Source: Prasinococcaceae sp. CCMP 1430 (taxonomy: Eukaryota > Plantae > Prasinodermophyta). Taken from it: a stretch of DNA of 10,663 bases. Positions within the stretch are counted from its first letter, which is position 1. Every line of letters starts with the position of its first letter. Position numbers and translations under genes: made by a program. Where the stretch lies: assembly GCA_013416795.1 (NCBI GenBank), contig RQSC01000030.1, positions 106,016-116,678 on the forward strand, written 5' to 3'. This document shows positions 8,673-10,663 of this stretch, one piece after another. Under the pieces are notes generated by a model. That model made no database searches. It worked only from the letters and a program-made list of their open reading frames with translations, and was not told the origin of the DNA.

Positions 8673-9476
8673 CGTGACCGAGGAGGGGGGGGGAGGAGCG
8701 GAGCGTGCGGCGTGCGCGCGGTGTGGCGCCGGGCACCACACACCGCCCCCCCCCCCCTCCCCCTTGCCCGCGCCGCCCCGCCGACCGGCGCGCCCGCGCG
8801 CGTTTTTTTTCGCCCCAAGAATGAGAACATTTCCGTCGAAAAAACGCCGCAGCGCCCCGCACGGGCGCATTCAAACTGACCTCTCTTTTTTTCTTTTTTT
8901 TTTCGCGCGGCGCGCCGGTTGTCGGGCCCGGCCCGGGGCGGATTGCGCCCCAATCCAGGCGCCCGCGCGGATGAGGTCAGAACCCAAACGATTTCATTAC
9001 ACGTACAAAGAGCGCAAAAAGACCCACGGGCGAGCTTTGTCAGACGACGCCCTCAAAGCGCGTGCGTTTTGCCCTCGCGCAGGAGGGGATCGCGCGGATC
9101 GCGGCGCGGCGCCCGGCGCCGCGAGGCGAAAACGCAGGCGGGCGGCATAGCAACCAGACCCTCTTTTTCATACCCAAATGTAACCACCCGTCTCGAACCT
9201 AAACTTGACGAGCCCCACGTCAAACGGCACGCGAAGCCGACGCCGACGGTCGCAACGCTTTTTGACGGGGGGGGGTCGACAGTCGGAGTCGCCTGCCGCG
9301 CCAAAAAAAAAAAAAAACGCGCGTGCCTTTGACTTTGACGTGCGCATTCGGCGCGATTTCCGACCGAATATACGGCAATTCATGCGATGGAAAAAACGCC
9401 CGCCGCTCGTTCCGAAATGTGCGCGCCTCACCCGCATGCAAAGTGGGCCCTTCACAAACTGGCGGATTGGAATTCG
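8673..9476. promoter_or_regulatory. Probable bidirectional promoter between the LHC gene (-) and the uS17 gene (+)
   Basis: 804 bp between divergent ATGs; poly(dA:dT) tracts (T7/T10 at 8886-8903, A15 at 9303-9317) in otherwise very GC-rich DNA; TTGACG cluster at 9205-9340. Confidence 0.6.
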
Positions 9477-10118
9477 ATGCGGCCGTCGCGGCGTTTTTTT
9501 TTCTGCGCGGCCGCGGGCCGCGCCCGCGTGGCCGCGCGGCGGGCGAGCGCGGTCGCCGGCGTGGCGTGCGGCGAGCGGCCGGGCAGCGACGTCTTCTGCG
9601 CGACGTGCCGGCGCGAGCTCACGCGGATGACGCTCTGCAGGCACATCCTGCCGGGCCTGGCCGAGGGCAACGTGCTGGACTCGGCGCTGCGCGTGTACTG
9701 CCTGCCGTGGCACACGGCCTTCCTGACGCCCGCGGGCGCGCGCGCGGCCAACGCCACCGGCGCCGCGGTGTACACCGTCACGCAGTGGCGCGACGGCGCA
9801 GAGGGGCAGTACGCGAGCGTGCTGGGGGCGTTCTGGGACCTCGAGACGGCGTGCCGCGTGCAGGCGCGCGCGGCCAAGCAGATGGGCGGCGTGGTCGTGT
9901 CGACCTCCGGCAACAAGACGGCGTCGGTCTCCGTGAGCCGCTCGCTCGCGCACCCGGTGTACAAGAAGCGCTTCACGCGCTCGCGCAAGTTCGCCGTCCA
10001 CGACGAGAACAACGAGGCGCAGGTGGGCGACGTGGTGACGTTCGCGCCCTGCCGCCCCGTGTCCAAGACCAAGACGCACACGCTCACCGGCTTCGTGTCG
10101 AAGAAGGGCGGCGACAAG
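9477..10118 (+). CDS. PRPS17: Plastid-type ribosomal protein uS17 (core 9873-10118) with an in-frame N-terminal extension; start uncertain (9387/9417/9477/9627); 3' end probably interrupted by an intron at 10119
   Basis: AKQMGGVVVSTSGNKTASVSVSRSLAHPVYKKRFTRSRKFAVHDENNEAQVGDVVTFAPCRPVSKTK matches the uS17/RpsQ pattern (G.VVS....K...V.v.R...HP.Y.K......K...HDE.N....GD.V.....RP.SK.K). Phase-0 donor-like AAG|GTGCGA at 10118/10119. Plastid rather than mitochondrial assignment is inferred from HPVYKKR and the absence of SNKM. Confidence 0.85.
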
Positions 10119-10154
10119 GTGCGAAGCGCCGCCCGCGCACACGCCGCAAGGCGG

Positions 10155-10173
10155 GCGCGCGCGCGCGCGCGCG
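10155..10173. repeat. (GC)n dinucleotide run, candidate misjoin or duplication breakpoint
   Basis: 19-nt alternating GC between the S17 donor site and LHC intron-2 sequence. Confidence 0.8.
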
Positions 10174-10251
10174 GCATGTCAATATTTAATGATTTAAAGG
10201 TTTCCCCCCCCCCCTCTTCTTCCTCTCCGGCGCCCGCGCCGCGCTACGCAC

Positions 10252-10318
10252 CGAGGTACAGGACGCGGTCCTTGCCGTAGAACTCGGCGGAGCGGGTCAC
10301 CTGGCGCGCGGTGCGCGC
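10252..10318 (-). CDS. LHCB: LHC exon 2 (ARTARQVTRSAEFYGKDRVLYL+G), displaced; not in the ORF track
   Basis: Acceptor CGCAG|GCG at 10319/10318 with CTGAC at 10373-10369 and a C-rich tract; donor CTC G|GTGCGT at 10251. Encodes the LHCII N-terminal motif (F/W)YG.DR..YLG. Phases 0 and 1 match exons 1 and 3; the spliced CDS is 60+67+605=732 nt (243 aa). Confidence 0.9.
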
Positions 10319-10663
10319 CTGCGCGTCGGCGAGCGGCGTTGGGAGGGGGGGGGAGGGGCGCTCGCGCCGTCAGCGCACCGCTCGCGCGCACGGGGGACGG
10401 ATTAGACAGATAGCGCCGCGCGGGCGCGCGGTTTCGCGGAAGCCCATCCGCTTTTCGGCCACTCCAAACCGCGTCATGCGATTCGAAATGCGGTACCGTC
10501 CGCGGTTTTGGGTAGGTGATGTGATGGACGGGGCGGCGGGGAAGCGCGCGACGCGCGCCGGGAATCGCGGCGCGCGAAACCGCGGGCGGAGACGGGATAA
10601 GGTGGAAATCTGCGCGCGCGCGCGCGCGCCCGCGCGCATTGCGCGCGCGCGCCACGCGCGCGA

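Noticed and set aside
9873-10118. Bacterial rpsQ from an S10 operon or contaminant
   Set aside because: No flanking rpmC or rplN, and the context is spliceosomal genes with the same codon bias as the LHC.
10119-10280. C-terminal tail of the S17 ORF (VRSAARAHAARR..RSLP*) as real protein
   Set aside because: It starts at a canonical donor, crosses simple repeats and overlaps LHC exon 2 antisense; probably intron or junction sequence.
10596-10601. I-box GATAAG light-responsive element near the LHC gene
   Set aside because: A single hexamer in probable intron sequence of uncertain placement; a chance match is plausible.

Overview
Very GC-rich eukaryotic nuclear DNA from a green alga. A prasinophyte-grade lineage is inferred from the LHC sequence, the GT(G/A)(A/C)G donors and the CTGAC branch points. 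There are four protein genes and a 301-N gap (8290-8590). (1) + strand, 5 exons, 46-1596: signal peptide, about 5 ankyrin repeats, a C-terminal TM helix and a KxKxx tail. (2) - strand, apparently intronless, 6491-1923: PUB domain, coiled coil, six PLAT/LH2 domains and a (QPV)n tail. (3) - strand LHCII-type chlorophyll a/b-binding protein with three exons that join in perfect phase but lie out of order. Exon 2 (10318-10252) sits upstream of exon 1 (8672-8613), beyond the neighbouring gene. A local misassembly or tandem duplication is the most likely cause, but this cannot be resolved here. The protein mixes Lhcb/LhcbM and prasinophyte Lhcp traits. (4) + strand plastid-type ribosomal protein uS17, preceded in frame by a strongly coding-biased, roughly 100-aa Cys/His/Trp-containing segment I do not recognise. 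Non-coding oddities are an 80-bp AT-rich inverted repeat with four GGAATCC units, long C/G homopolymers and a TTGACG cluster in the divergent LHC/S17 promoter. No RNA genes, CRISPR arrays or transposase were seen.
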